Assembly (NCBI GenBank): GCA_027016315.1
Contig: JALWAP010000107.1
Coordinates: forward strand, 15,448 to 79,447
Reading direction: 5' to 3'
Source: Anaerolineae bacterium
Lineage (GTDB): Bacteria > Chloroflexota > Anaerolineae > S016-19
Length of the DNA stretch: 64,000 nucleotides
A program made the position numbers and the translations under genes. The notes beneath the pieces are model-generated. The model was not told where the DNA came from and did not search any database. It saw only the letters and a program-made list of their open reading frames with translations. Shown here in pieces: positions 55,820-64,000 of this stretch (positions are counted from its first letter, which is position 1; the number at the start of each line of letters is the position of its first letter).

Positions 55820-56808
55820 CAAACGCTCACTCCCTTCTGCTTGACCTTCCCGGCGATGAAGAGCCTTTCCGACGGCCTGGGGATCACGAGCCGCAGCGAC
55901 CTCGGGACTACGTCCACGTAGAGAGGGGTCAGGCCGTAAGGCTCGGCGTCGAGGTGGATGGGGATTGGATCTTTCCCTTTGATCTCTATGTGCTTGCCCC
56001 GAAAATAAGTCACGTCGGGCGGTTTGAATTTCAGGCTCGGCTTGAGGAGCAACCCGGCGATGTGCTTTGCAATAGCTATGCCCCGTTTCCCTTCGAACAC
56101 GTACACATCCAGCAGCCCATCGTCGATTTTTGCATCTTCGGCGACACGGACGAACCTGGCGTAAAGCTGGATGTTGCTTATCAGAATCATAACAGCATTC
56201 TTTGTCGTCTCTTCCCCATCGACGATTATGTTGGCCTTGAAGCCTTTGTAGGTGTTGATCGCTATCATCCCGGCCACGACGAACGCCGCTTTGCCGAGCC
56301 TTTTTTTCTGCTCCGGGTTCGATTCGACGTCCTGGGTGACTTTTGCGTCGAACCCTACGCCGCACCATGAAAGGAAGTGCTTCCCGTTAGCCCGTCCGGC
56401 GTCCACTAGGTACACGGTACCGTCGAGGATCACTTCCGCCGCTTCACGGCAGACGACCGGCTTGATGGGGTTGGGTATCGGATATCCGAGGTCTTTCGCC
56501 AGGACGTTGCCAGTGCCCATCGGCAGTATTCCCATTTGTGGCTTTTCCGCAGGGTCGCCTGGGGCAGACAGTATCCCGTCCACTACCTGGCCGATGGTGC
56601 CGTCCCCGCCTGCTGCGAGTATCATGTCGAACCCCTCGAGCACTCCGGCATAAGCCAGGCTTGAAGCTTCCCCGGGAGCGTCCGTGAACCTGATGACCAC
56701 ACTCCATCCGGCGCTTTTCAGGACTTTTCTCGCCTCTTCGAGCCCTTCGGCTCCCCGGCTACCGCCTGCCACCGGGTTCACGATTATCAGAACTTTCTTC
56801 TTCGCCAT
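55819..56808 (-). CDS. Diacylglycerol kinase family lipid kinase (YegS/BmrU-like)
   Basis: It shows MAKKKVLIIVNPVAGGSRG and AAGGDGTIGQVV motifs. I prefer ATG 56808 over the track start 56946. Confidence 0.85.
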   Translation of the reverse strand: MAKKKVLIIVNPVAGGSRGAEGLEEARKVLKSAGWSVVIRFTDAPGEASSLAYAGVLEGFDMILAAGGDGTIGQVVDGILSAPGDPAEKPQMGILPMGTGNVLAKDLGYPIPNPIKPVVCREAAEVILDGTVYLVDAGRANGKHFLSWCGVGFDAKVTQDVESNPEQKKRLGKAAFVVAGMIAINTYKGFKANIIVDGEETTKNAVMILISNIQLYARFVRVAEDAKIDDGLLDVYVFEGKRGIAIAKHIAGLLLKPSLKFKPPDVTYFRGKHIEIKGKDPIPIHLDAEPYGLTPLYVDVVPRSLRLVIPRPSERLFIAGKVKQKGVSV

Positions 56809-56970
56809 ATGGCGATTATACCAACCGCCATCCCAACGCACAAACTTGACAAAACTTGCTCCCGGAAATGGGTTTGGAAGCGCCGTGTCTTGCGTTACAC
56901 TCGAGACGCATGACTCACACTTTTGACGCAGAGACGCGAGAGACACAGAGGAGAAGAGTTTTTTCTTTTC

Positions 56971-57351
56971 GCTGGGGGTTGCTCCCCCGTTTTGGTCGAG
57001 TCAGGCAACTCGACCTACAGGTATTCTGTAGGGCGAGCCGTCTGGCTCGCCCTGTCGAGCTAACAGCTTGACCTACAACCACGCAGAGGCGCGCCCACCG
57101 CTTTGGTCGAGTCAGGCGACTCGACCTACACGTGCTTTTCGGTCGAGTCAGACGACTTGACCTACGGCGTGCTTTGTAGTGGCGAGCCGTCTGGCTCGCC
57201 ATGTCGAGCTGACAGCTCGACCTACGACCACGCAGAGCGCGCTCCCCCACTTTGGTCGAGTCAGGCGACTCGACCTACACGTGCTCTTCGGTCGAGCCAG
57301 GCGACTCGACCGACGGCGTGCTTTGTAGTGGCGAGCCGTGTGGCTCGGGGC
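56971..57351. repeat. Tandem array (about 2.5 copies of a roughly 148-bp unit) of composite palindromic (REP/BIME-like) elements
   Basis: Unit 57102-57249 is repeated from 57250 as a truncated copy. A shorter copy at 56991-57101 lacks the second hairpin. Each full unit holds four different hairpins: GGTCGAGTCAGGCGACTCGACC, GGTCGAGTCAGACGACTTGACC, GGCGAGCCGTCTGGCTCGCC and GTCGAGCTGACAGCTCGAC. Confidence 0.85.
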
Positions 57352-57368
57352 CTATCCTAGGGGTGCCG

Positions 57369-58880
57369 TCAGGGCTCGTCTCCCGCAGAGACGAACCTTT
57401 CGATCCATTCGATGGCTTCTTCACGGGTGGAGACTTCTCCCACGGCCTGCGCTTCCTGAAGCTTCCTCAAAATGCGCCCGACCTCCGGGCCCGGCGGTAT
57501 GTGCCCGAGTCGCATCACGTCCTTGCCGGAGAGGATAGGCCTGGGCAGCCTGGCACCGAGCCGATGGTAGAAGAAATCCAGGATCCTCTTCACAAGCCGC
57601 AAGCGCTCGACCCACCTTCCCATGTCCAGCCGGTCCTGGTAAGTCCCACGGTGGTCGGCGAGGTTCAGAAACACCAGCGACGGCAGTGTGTCCCCTGCGT
57701 CCCTCACCAGCCTGAAAATCGCTCTGTCGGTGATCCTCTCCGCGTGCGCCAGGTGGTGGATGCGCATGTGTAGCCGAACCAGTTTCGAGACCCAGTCCAC
57801 TTCCGCCCTGCTGAAAGCCAGGGCACGGAGCCTGGCCTGAGCCAGTTCCCCGCCGACGGTCTCGTGCCCGTAGAAATGGATGTCGCCGTCCTTCAGGGTG
57901 AATGTCTTCGGCTTTCCCCAATCATGGGCTACCGCTGCCAGTTTCAAGCAGCACCTGACCGTCCTGCCCCATGATAGCTCCTGTGAAAGGTGCTCTTTCG
58001 TCTTCGGGAAAAACTCCCCCAGTTCCTCCAACAGCGCGGAATCCGCCTCGCTCCCCGGCTTCCCACCATCGACGAGGCGCAGGTGCCGTTCCGTGTACTC
58101 GACCACGCTCAGCGTATGGCTGTACACGTCGTCGAAATGGGGGGCGGGCTGCGGAATCCCTTTGAGGTCGTCCAACTCCGGCAGGATCAAAGCGTCTGCC
58201 CCGAGATCACCCAGCCGAGAAAGGCTGTCGGCGAGCCTCCTGGTCTCCACGATGTGGACGACCTCGTCCCTGATACGTTCGGCGGATACCTGGGCGAGAC
58301 CAGTCACGCTCTCCGTCGCCAGCGTCCAGGTGCGTGCGTCCGGCCGGAAGCCAAGCGCCGCCATGAATCGCACCAGCCTCAGCACCCTGACCGGATCGGA
58401 ACGGAACGAATCCTCGCCCACCGCCGACAATCGCCGGTCGAGGATGTGCTGAAGCCCGTTCACGATGTCCACGACCTCCGTCTCCGGCCAGGAAGAGAGC
58501 CTGACAGCCACGGCGTTTATGGTGAAATCCCGACTGCGCAAGTCTTCCTCTAAAGTCCCTTGCATGGAAGCCACATCGACCATAAGCCCGCTGGAACGGA
58601 ATACAACCCTCCCAGTTCCCCTTTCCTCGTCCAGTGGGTAGAAAGCCGCTCCGAGATCGTCTGCGAGCTTCCGAGCCACCCGCAGCCCTCCTTTTGGCAC
58701 CAGGAGATCCAGGTCTTTCACTTTCCTGTCCAGCACCAGGTCTCGAACGACCCCGCCCACGATGTAGAAATCGGTGCCCATCGCCAGCATCCGGTCCAGG
58801 ACATCCGAAAACGGTTGCTCCGAGAAAAGCGCATGTATTTTCTTCGCCAGTTCCGTTCGTATCTCCGTCGCTTTGTTCAT
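57369..58880 (-). CDS. cca: CCA-adding enzyme / poly(A) polymerase family nucleotidyltransferase with HD domain
   Basis: MNKATEI..FYIVGGVVRDLVLDRKVKDLDLLV gives the GG.VRD and DxD motifs. The HD region is AAVAHDWGKP. The start forms an ATGA overlap with the rluB stop; the track start 59111 is rejected. Confidence 0.85.
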   Translation of the reverse strand: MNKATEIRTELAKKIHALFSEQPFSDVLDRMLAMGTDFYIVGGVVRDLVLDRKVKDLDLLVPKGGLRVARKLADDLGAAFYPLDEERGTGRVVFRSSGLMVDVASMQGTLEEDLRSRDFTINAVAVRLSSWPETEVVDIVNGLQHILDRRLSAVGEDSFRSDPVRVLRLVRFMAALGFRPDARTWTLATESVTGLAQVSAERIRDEVVHIVETRRLADSLSRLGDLGADALILPELDDLKGIPQPAPHFDDVYSHTLSVVEYTERHLRLVDGGKPGSEADSALLEELGEFFPKTKEHLSQELSWGRTVRCCLKLAAVAHDWGKPKTFTLKDGDIHFYGHETVGGELAQARLRALAFSRAEVDWVSKLVRLHMRIHHLAHAERITDRAIFRLVRDAGDTLPSLVFLNLADHRGTYQDRLDMGRWVERLRLVKRILDFFYHRLGARLPRPILSGKDVMRLGHIPPGPEVGRILRKLQEAQAVGEVSTREEAIEWIERFVSAGDEP

Positions 58881-59632
58881 CTCAAGCCCACCGATCTTCG
58901 CAGTTTTTCGACCTCTCGATCCGAGAGCCTCCTCCACTGGCCTGGTTTGGTGATCGTCAGCTTTAGCGGCCCTATTCCGACGCGAATGAGCCTGAGAACC
59001 GGATGACCGATCACTCCAAGCATTTGTCTGATCTGCCGTTTCTTCCCCTCCCGTATCACGATCTTGAGCCAGGCGCTTTTTGGTCTGGATACCAGGCCGG
59101 ATGCCAGCCATTTGGGTGGAGAATCGAGGATGCTAACCTCGGCGGGGGCGGTACGGTATCCGCCCTTGATAACCACGCCTTTCCTCAGCCTGACCAGATC
59201 TTGGGTCGAAGGCCTGCCGTCCACCAGCACCAGGTACGTCTTCGGGTGGCGGTATCGGGGATGCGTGAGCCTGTGCGCCAGCTCTCCGTCGTTGGTCAGC
59301 AGCATCAGACCTTCGCTGTTGTAATCCAGCCTTCCGACCGGGTACCAGTGCCCTTCGACCGGGACGATGTCCTTCAACGTCTTGCGTCCCTCGGCATCGG
59401 ACAAAGAGGAGAGGACGCCCCTGGGCTTGTACAGCATGATGTACTGGTTCGTTTCCTGCACTTTTATCCGTTCTCCATCGACGCGGATTTCGTCCCGTTC
59501 TGGATCGGCCTTCGCCCCGATGGTGATGGTTTTGCCGTTCACCGTGACCCGGCCCTGTCGGATGATCTCCTCGCACGCCCTCCGGGAACCGAACCCGGCC
59601 CGGGCGAGTATTTTCTGCACTCTTTCTTCCAT
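58877..59632 (-). CDS. rluB: Pseudouridine synthase, RsuA/RluB family (S4 domain + catalytic domain)
   Basis: The S4 domain is RVQKILARAGFGSRRACEEIIRQGRVTVNG and the catalytic motif is PVGRLDYNSEGLMLLTNDGEL. Confidence 0.9.
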   Translation of the reverse strand: MEERVQKILARAGFGSRRACEEIIRQGRVTVNGKTITIGAKADPERDEIRVDGERIKVQETNQYIMLYKPRGVLSSLSDAEGRKTLKDIVPVEGHWYPVGRLDYNSEGLMLLTNDGELAHRLTHPRYRHPKTYLVLVDGRPSTQDLVRLRKGVVIKGGYRTAPAEVSILDSPPKWLASGLVSRPKSAWLKIVIREGKKRQIRQMLGVIGHPVLRLIRVGIGPLKLTITKPGQWRRLSDREVEKLRRSVGLR

Positions 59633-59680
59633 GATCTCCCTGCCTTTCGCAACGATCGACCCGACGGCAAAGCGTGAATT

Positions 59681-60655
59681 CTACCGCATATGCGGGAGCG
59701 TGAACGTTTTCGGGATCAACATCCGCCGGGTGAAGCCTTCGTACACTTTCGCTTTTTCGTTGCCCGGCGGCTTGCCCGCCGTCAGGTAGTGCGCCCGATA
59801 GTAATCCAGCAACGCCCTGGCGTCCGCGTAGCGATCCCTGCTTCCGAGGATCACGATCAGCACCTGATGACCTCCGTAGACGGCCGAAACGACCAGGCAT
59901 TCCCCGGCCGCCGGAGTCGTGCCGGTCTTGACGCCGTTCACGCCGGGGTACACGCCCAGGAGTTGGTTCCGGTTGTGGAGCCAATGTCCCGCCACCAGGA
60001 TGTCTCTGGTCGATACTATTTCCCTGAAAAGCGGGTACCGGGAATACAGATACCTGGTAAGCTTGAGCAAATCCATGGCCGTCGTGTAATGTCCGGGCTG
60101 GTCGAAGCCGTGCGGATTCATGAAATGCGATTCCGTCATGCCCAGAGCACGCGCTTTGGCGTTCATCATCCTGACGAAATTTGCCAGTGTGCCGCCGACG
60201 GCGTACGCCAGCGTCGTTGCGGCGTCGTTGCCGGAAGGGATCAGCATTCCGTAGAGCAACTGACCGATGGAGAGCTTCTCCCCGGCCCTGAGCCCCATGG
60301 AGGAACCGCCCACCAGCGCGGCGCCTGGGACGACGACCACCCGGTGTATGTGGTCGTGGTCGAGCACGACAGCGGCGGTCATCAATTTCGTCAGGCTCGC
60401 CGGGCGCATCTTCCAATGCGGATGCTTGCTGAAAAGAATCTTGCCACTTCCCACATCCATGACCACAGCCGAATTTGCCGAGACCGGAGGCCACCCGTTG
60501 CCTGAAGCGGCGGAGCCAAAAGCTTCCATCGCGTGGGTGGGCGTGGGGGTAAAAGCGGAAAGCGCAAGAGCGAGCAACAAGGCGAACGAAAAAAAGAGCC
60601 TTCGTACCGCTCTTTCGATTTCTTCCTCGGCAGTCATGGGACACTCTCGAAACAC
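59681..60655 (-). CDS. D-alanyl-D-alanine carboxypeptidase (serine peptidase S11, PBP5/DacB-like)
   Basis: A signal/anchor helix is followed by SxxK (PASLTKLMT), SGN (IPSGNDA) and KTG (VKTGTT). Confidence 0.85.
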   Translation of the reverse strand: MFRECPMTAEEEIERAVRRLFFSFALLLALALSAFTPTPTHAMEAFGSAASGNGWPPVSANSAVVMDVGSGKILFSKHPHWKMRPASLTKLMTAAVVLDHDHIHRVVVVPGAALVGGSSMGLRAGEKLSIGQLLYGMLIPSGNDAATTLAYAVGGTLANFVRMMNAKARALGMTESHFMNPHGFDQPGHYTTAMDLLKLTRYLYSRYPLFREIVSTRDILVAGHWLHNRNQLLGVYPGVNGVKTGTTPAAGECLVVSAVYGGHQVLIVILGSRDRYADARALLDYYRAHYLTAGKPPGNEKAKVYEGFTRRMLIPKTFTLPHMR

Positions 60656-60689
60656 GGTAGGAGATGGAGAGGCCGCGATTTCCGGGGGA

Positions 60690-61532
60690 TCAGGACTCCT
60701 GTTGGAACGGCAGGTCCTCTCCTTCTTCCAAGATGGGTACGTCTGCTTCCTTCAGCCTGCGCATCAGGTCTTCCCTGGCGGCGTTCAGCTTTTCCATGGC
60801 CCTGGACTTCTCCATGCCGGAAACGGTCAGGGTAACCAGCACTTTGGCCTTGCCATCGACTATCCTGGCCCTGGATTTCACGTAGACGTCCGGGTGCGCA
60901 CGGGCGACTTCGTTCACTATGGCGGCGATGGTGCTTTCGCCCTGCCCGATGATCACGCCCCACTGCACGGTTCCCACCCCGGAGAACCATTTCCGCAGGT
61001 AAGGCTGCAGCGAGGTCTCGAAAATCCCCCTCATCTCCGGCGGAACACCGGGCAGCGCCACGATGTTCGTTTCACCCTCGGTGATCAGCACTCCCGGGGC
61101 TGTGCCTACAGGGTTGTGCAGAGGCACAGCGCCTTCCGGCAGGTACGCCATTTTCTTCCGTTCCGGCGTCAGGGTCGCATCCCGCACGAAGCCCGCTTTT
61201 TTCACCGCTTCGTACCTTTCCCTGACCATTTCCAAAGCCTTTGGGTCGAGCCTGACCTCCCGTCCCAGCGCCTTACCCAACGCGGCAACGGTTATGTCGT
61301 CCCACGTAGGCCCGAGGCCGCCGGAGGTGATTATCAGCTTTGGCCTGTGGCTTAGGGCGATCTTCACGACCTCGCCGATGGCGTCCATGTCGTCCCTCAC
61401 CACGTACCCTTGCCACACGAGCGCACCGATACCGGTCAGTTTCCCGGAAAGCCAGTACAGATTGGAATCGTGGACCTGCCCTATGAGCAGTTCGTTGCCG
61501 ATTGCCAGGAGTTCGACCTTGTTATTGCTCAT
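60690..61532 (-). CDS. CinA-like molybdopterin-binding (MoCF_biosynth) domain protein, without the C-terminal deamidase domain
   Basis: The match to CinA is VELLAIGNELLIGQVHDSNLYWLS..LIITSGGLGPTWDDIT. At 280 aa it covers only the N-terminal CinA modules. Confidence 0.8.
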   Translation of the reverse strand: MSNNKVELLAIGNELLIGQVHDSNLYWLSGKLTGIGALVWQGYVVRDDMDAIGEVVKIALSHRPKLIITSGGLGPTWDDITVAALGKALGREVRLDPKALEMVRERYEAVKKAGFVRDATLTPERKKMAYLPEGAVPLHNPVGTAPGVLITEGETNIVALPGVPPEMRGIFETSLQPYLRKWFSGVGTVQWGVIIGQGESTIAAIVNEVARAHPDVYVKSRARIVDGKAKVLVTLTVSGMEKSRAMEKLNAAREDLMRRLKEADVPILEEGEDLPFQQES

Positions 61533-61953
61533 CTGGCTGCACCGGTTTGATCCCCAGGTATACCCGAGGGCCTTTTATGACCCTCAGGATTGTTTCAGGA
61601 GTTCTCCATTTGATGATCTCGCCCAGTTCTATCGGCGAAAGCGGCTTGTTGCCGTTTACGAGGAAAACCCTGAAGACGTTGGTCGTCAGCGGAACGTGGG
61701 GGCTTATGAAATCCTCTCTGTCTTTGCAATGCAGGAGCATGCACTGCATCATCGGATCGGTCCTCGTCACGATTGCGGTGTCTGGGTCGACCCAATCCAC
61801 TTCTTCCACGTCCCAGTTTTCTTCGTATCGCTCACGGCAGATATCGCAAAGCTGATCCCTCAGGGCGAGCCTGAAATTCAGCCCTTTTTCGCGCCACCAG
61901 TCGAAATCTATGTGAAACTTGGTCTCAAGGGTTGGTCTGATCCATTTGCCCAT
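61522..61953 (-). CDS. Hypothetical protein (143 aa)
   Basis: The sequence has good protein-like composition (..FHIDFDWWREKGLNFRLALRDQLCDICRERYEE..). It overlaps the cinA-like start by 11 nt. I recognise no motif. Confidence 0.5.
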   Translation of the reverse strand: MGKWIRPTLETKFHIDFDWWREKGLNFRLALRDQLCDICRERYEENWDVEEVDWVDPDTAIVTRTDPMMQCMLLHCKDREDFISPHVPLTTNVFRVFLVNGNKPLSPIELGEIIKWRTPETILRVIKGPRVYLGIKPVQPDEQ

Positions 61954-62014
61954 ATCGTAGTCCCCTTTCTCGTCAGAGCAAGCGATAGAATGCGTTCCAA
62001 AGGAAAAGGCAACG

Positions 62015-63616
62015 TCACAGATCGCCTTTGCTTATCCAAAAACCGTCGCCGGAATCCACGAAACTCGAATCGGAGACGAGCACCTGGAAAATCGGCTCCG
62101 GCGGGCATCGCCTCAGCATGTTCACCGCCTGATACAGCGTCTTGGCGTGAACGGTTCCTTTTATTTTCGCCAGCTCCGGGAAAAGCCTCCTGACGAGCTC
62201 GTGGATGTTCGCAGACCCGACGGTCTGACGAAGGGAGTCCACAGCCTCGAAATCGCCTTTCCCGAAGAGCATATGCTCGTCGAATTCGCTGGAAATCGAT
62301 TCCTGATTGACGCGGAAGGTGAGCACGTCGCCCTCGACCACGGGCTCTTTGACCCACTCCCGCTTCGGCCTCCTGGTTCTGGCGTCGATCAGTATTTCCT
62401 CCGGATCGTCAGGGTTCCGCTCCAAGATCACCACGCCGCCGATCGGAATTTGCCTTTCTTCGAACCATTCCTTCAGCCCCGCGATGTACCTTCCTTCGGC
62501 CAGAACCCAGCCCGTGAACCGCTTCCCGCGCCTCGTATCGGCGAACCGCACCGGTTCGACTCTACCGCCGCCGGTCCCAACCAGCTTCTTCACCCAGACG
62601 TTGAGCGGAAGGGTCCCGGCTCTCCAGTGGTGATATGGAACGACGACCGTGACGCGCACGGTGTCGCCTTCGTCAGGCAGGTCTTCCAGCAATTCGCTCC
62701 ATTCGTCGGCGATTTGCACAGTTATTTGGGTCAGGTCCACGTTCGGGATGGCATGAGGCATCGGGATCGGCGTATATTCCAGCCACAGGGGAGTCTCCCT
62801 GGCTGCATCCGGCAGCAGCCTCCAGAGGAACCACTTCGGTTCGTCCTCGCTCCCGGCGTTCACGAACCTTTCGTCCCGTTCCAGGGCGAGGTTGAGGGAG
62901 AACAGCATTGCTTCCTCGGATGCATCGCTCTGAACGTCGAGCTGCGGCAGTAGCTCGGAAGCTGGAGTAGGCTTGCCGTTGATCTCTATCAGAGCTTCTG
63001 CGATGTTGAGGTGACCTTCGTTGAACGGAACGAGGGCGTCGGCAAGCATCCATTTCCCGTTGAAGCGCACGAACTCGCCCGGATAGTTCTCCTGTATCTC
63101 CTCCTCCACACGCCTGGCGATCACGGCACCATGTTCGTCGAGGATTTCATCGGTCGAAACGGAGGGCATGGCCCCATCCAGTTCGCCTTCCATGTTGAGC
63201 TTGTGCGGAAGAGGGAAGGACGAAGCGAATTCCAGCGTTTCCCCGGTGTCTGGGAACTCCACCTGTATCACGTCGAACTTGCCGTACTCAGGGTTCACCC
63301 CGGGCCGCTTTCCGATGACTTTTCCCCTCCGGTAGTTCAGCGAAGGGAATGCTATTTCGTCGCCAACGGAATAGTCGGACTTGGGCTGGTAGATGATCCC
63401 TTTCTTGAGCCCCTCGCCGATGCGTTTGAGCTCGTCCCGAACTCTCGAGGCGACGATGACCCGAACGAGCTCTTCCGTCGTGTGAGGATTGCCGTCCTCG
63501 AACAAATCGAACAGGGCTTCTATGTCCGAATCCTCTATTTTCAGGGACTTCCAGTAATCTGCTTCCTTGGTTGCTAACTTAACCACTCTGCCACTCCCCG
63601 GGAAAGTATTGAACAA
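62015..63616 (-). CDS. Hypothetical protein (533 aa)
   Basis: This long ORF is uniformly protein-like and acidic, with no TM segment or signal peptide. I recognise no catalytic motif. Confidence 0.6.
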   Translation of the reverse strand: MFNTFPGSGRVVKLATKEADYWKSLKIEDSDIEALFDLFEDGNPHTTEELVRVIVASRVRDELKRIGEGLKKGIIYQPKSDYSVGDEIAFPSLNYRRGKVIGKRPGVNPEYGKFDVIQVEFPDTGETLEFASSFPLPHKLNMEGELDGAMPSVSTDEILDEHGAVIARRVEEEIQENYPGEFVRFNGKWMLADALVPFNEGHLNIAEALIEINGKPTPASELLPQLDVQSDASEEAMLFSLNLALERDERFVNAGSEDEPKWFLWRLLPDAARETPLWLEYTPIPMPHAIPNVDLTQITVQIADEWSELLEDLPDEGDTVRVTVVVPYHHWRAGTLPLNVWVKKLVGTGGGRVEPVRFADTRRGKRFTGWVLAEGRYIAGLKEWFEERQIPIGGVVILERNPDDPEEILIDARTRRPKREWVKEPVVEGDVLTFRVNQESISSEFDEHMLFGKGDFEAVDSLRQTVGSANIHELVRRLFPELAKIKGTVHAKTLYQAVNMLRRCPPEPIFQVLVSDSSFVDSGDGFWISKGDL

Positions 63617-64000
63617 AGCAAGTGCGCCCCCTGGACGCCTTACATTTTAGACGAACTTTCGTTTCATTATATCCCTCTACACCTTTCTTGCCAAAAATAG
63701 ACCGTGGGGTTCGGGGAGGGATGCTGGACGAATGACCTCGCGATGATCTAAACAGCCCAAGGGCGTTAGGGACACCCCAAGTTTTTCTCCATGGTGCAGG
63801 GTTTGGCCAGCTGCTCCCTACCGCCCATGTCAGGGATGAGACAAAGATAAGACCTCTCAGGAGAAGTAACCCGTAGCGTATCCGGACCCATGTGCAAAGA
63901 ATGGCAAACCAGCATTGACAACGATCGCTAGAAAGTGTAGCCTTTTCCTCGTAACCTTGTGGGTGAACAAGGAGGAAATTTGCCGAAGAAGAGCATAGCC

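Noticed and set aside
56971-57351. Possible CRISPR array belonging to the type III locus.
   Set aside because: The repeats are composite palindromes in a 148-bp tandem unit. There are no unique spacers of constant length, and copies also occur inverted at 46 kb. It lies 50 kb from the cas genes.
57103-57773. Track ORFs 57103-57360 and 57252-57773 with internally repeated peptides (VESGDSTYTC.., SSQATRPT..).
   Set aside because: They are simply translations of the tandem hairpin repeats and have no RBS.
63980-64000. Possible start of a plus-strand CDS at the right edge (GGAGG, 4 nt, then TTG CCG AAG AAG AGC ATA GCC).
   Set aside because: Only seven codons are visible, the start would be a TTG, and the spacing is short. 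There is too little evidence to call.

Overview
Densely coding bacterial chromosomal window with about 53 CDS and 2 tRNAs. Most of it is about 60% G+C by eye. Gene content and Pro/Thr-rich lipoprotein linkers suggest a Chloroflexota-like host, which is inference only. The left 6.8 kb is the accessory end of a type III-D-like CRISPR-Cas locus. It holds a partial csx10 that runs off the left edge, a Cas7-type RAMP and an HD-less Cas10 with an intact GGDD cyclase motif. Three cyclic-oligoadenylate (cOA) signalling genes follow: (i) a Can2/Card1-like CARF + PD-(D/E)xK protein whose ExK position reads S-C-T; (ii) a CARF + LuxR-HTH fusion; (iii) a divergently transcribed P-loop NTPase fused to two tandem Csx3 (Crn3 ring-nuclease-type) modules. 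No CRISPR array, cas6 or cas1/cas2 lies in the window. The effector half (1-4.7 kb) is visibly more A+T-rich than its neighbours. The rest is mostly housekeeping or metabolic: larE-larB next to a family-5 (Opp/Dpp/Nik-type) ABC importer, a molybdo-hydroxylase/ADH/cobO operon, pckA, comEC, tsaC, rho, a fused siroheme decarboxylase, a KimA/Kup-like transporter fused to two USP domains behind a long structured leader, xseA, cca, rluB, a D,D-carboxypeptidase and cinA-like. Other points of note are an interspersed hairpin-rich (REP/BIME-like) repeat family at 46.06-46.31 kb and 56.97-57.35 kb, and several co-oriented groups of uncharacterised genes (30.9-36.4 kb, 61.5-63.6 kb). All calls come from reading the translations and DNA by eye. 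No database search was run.
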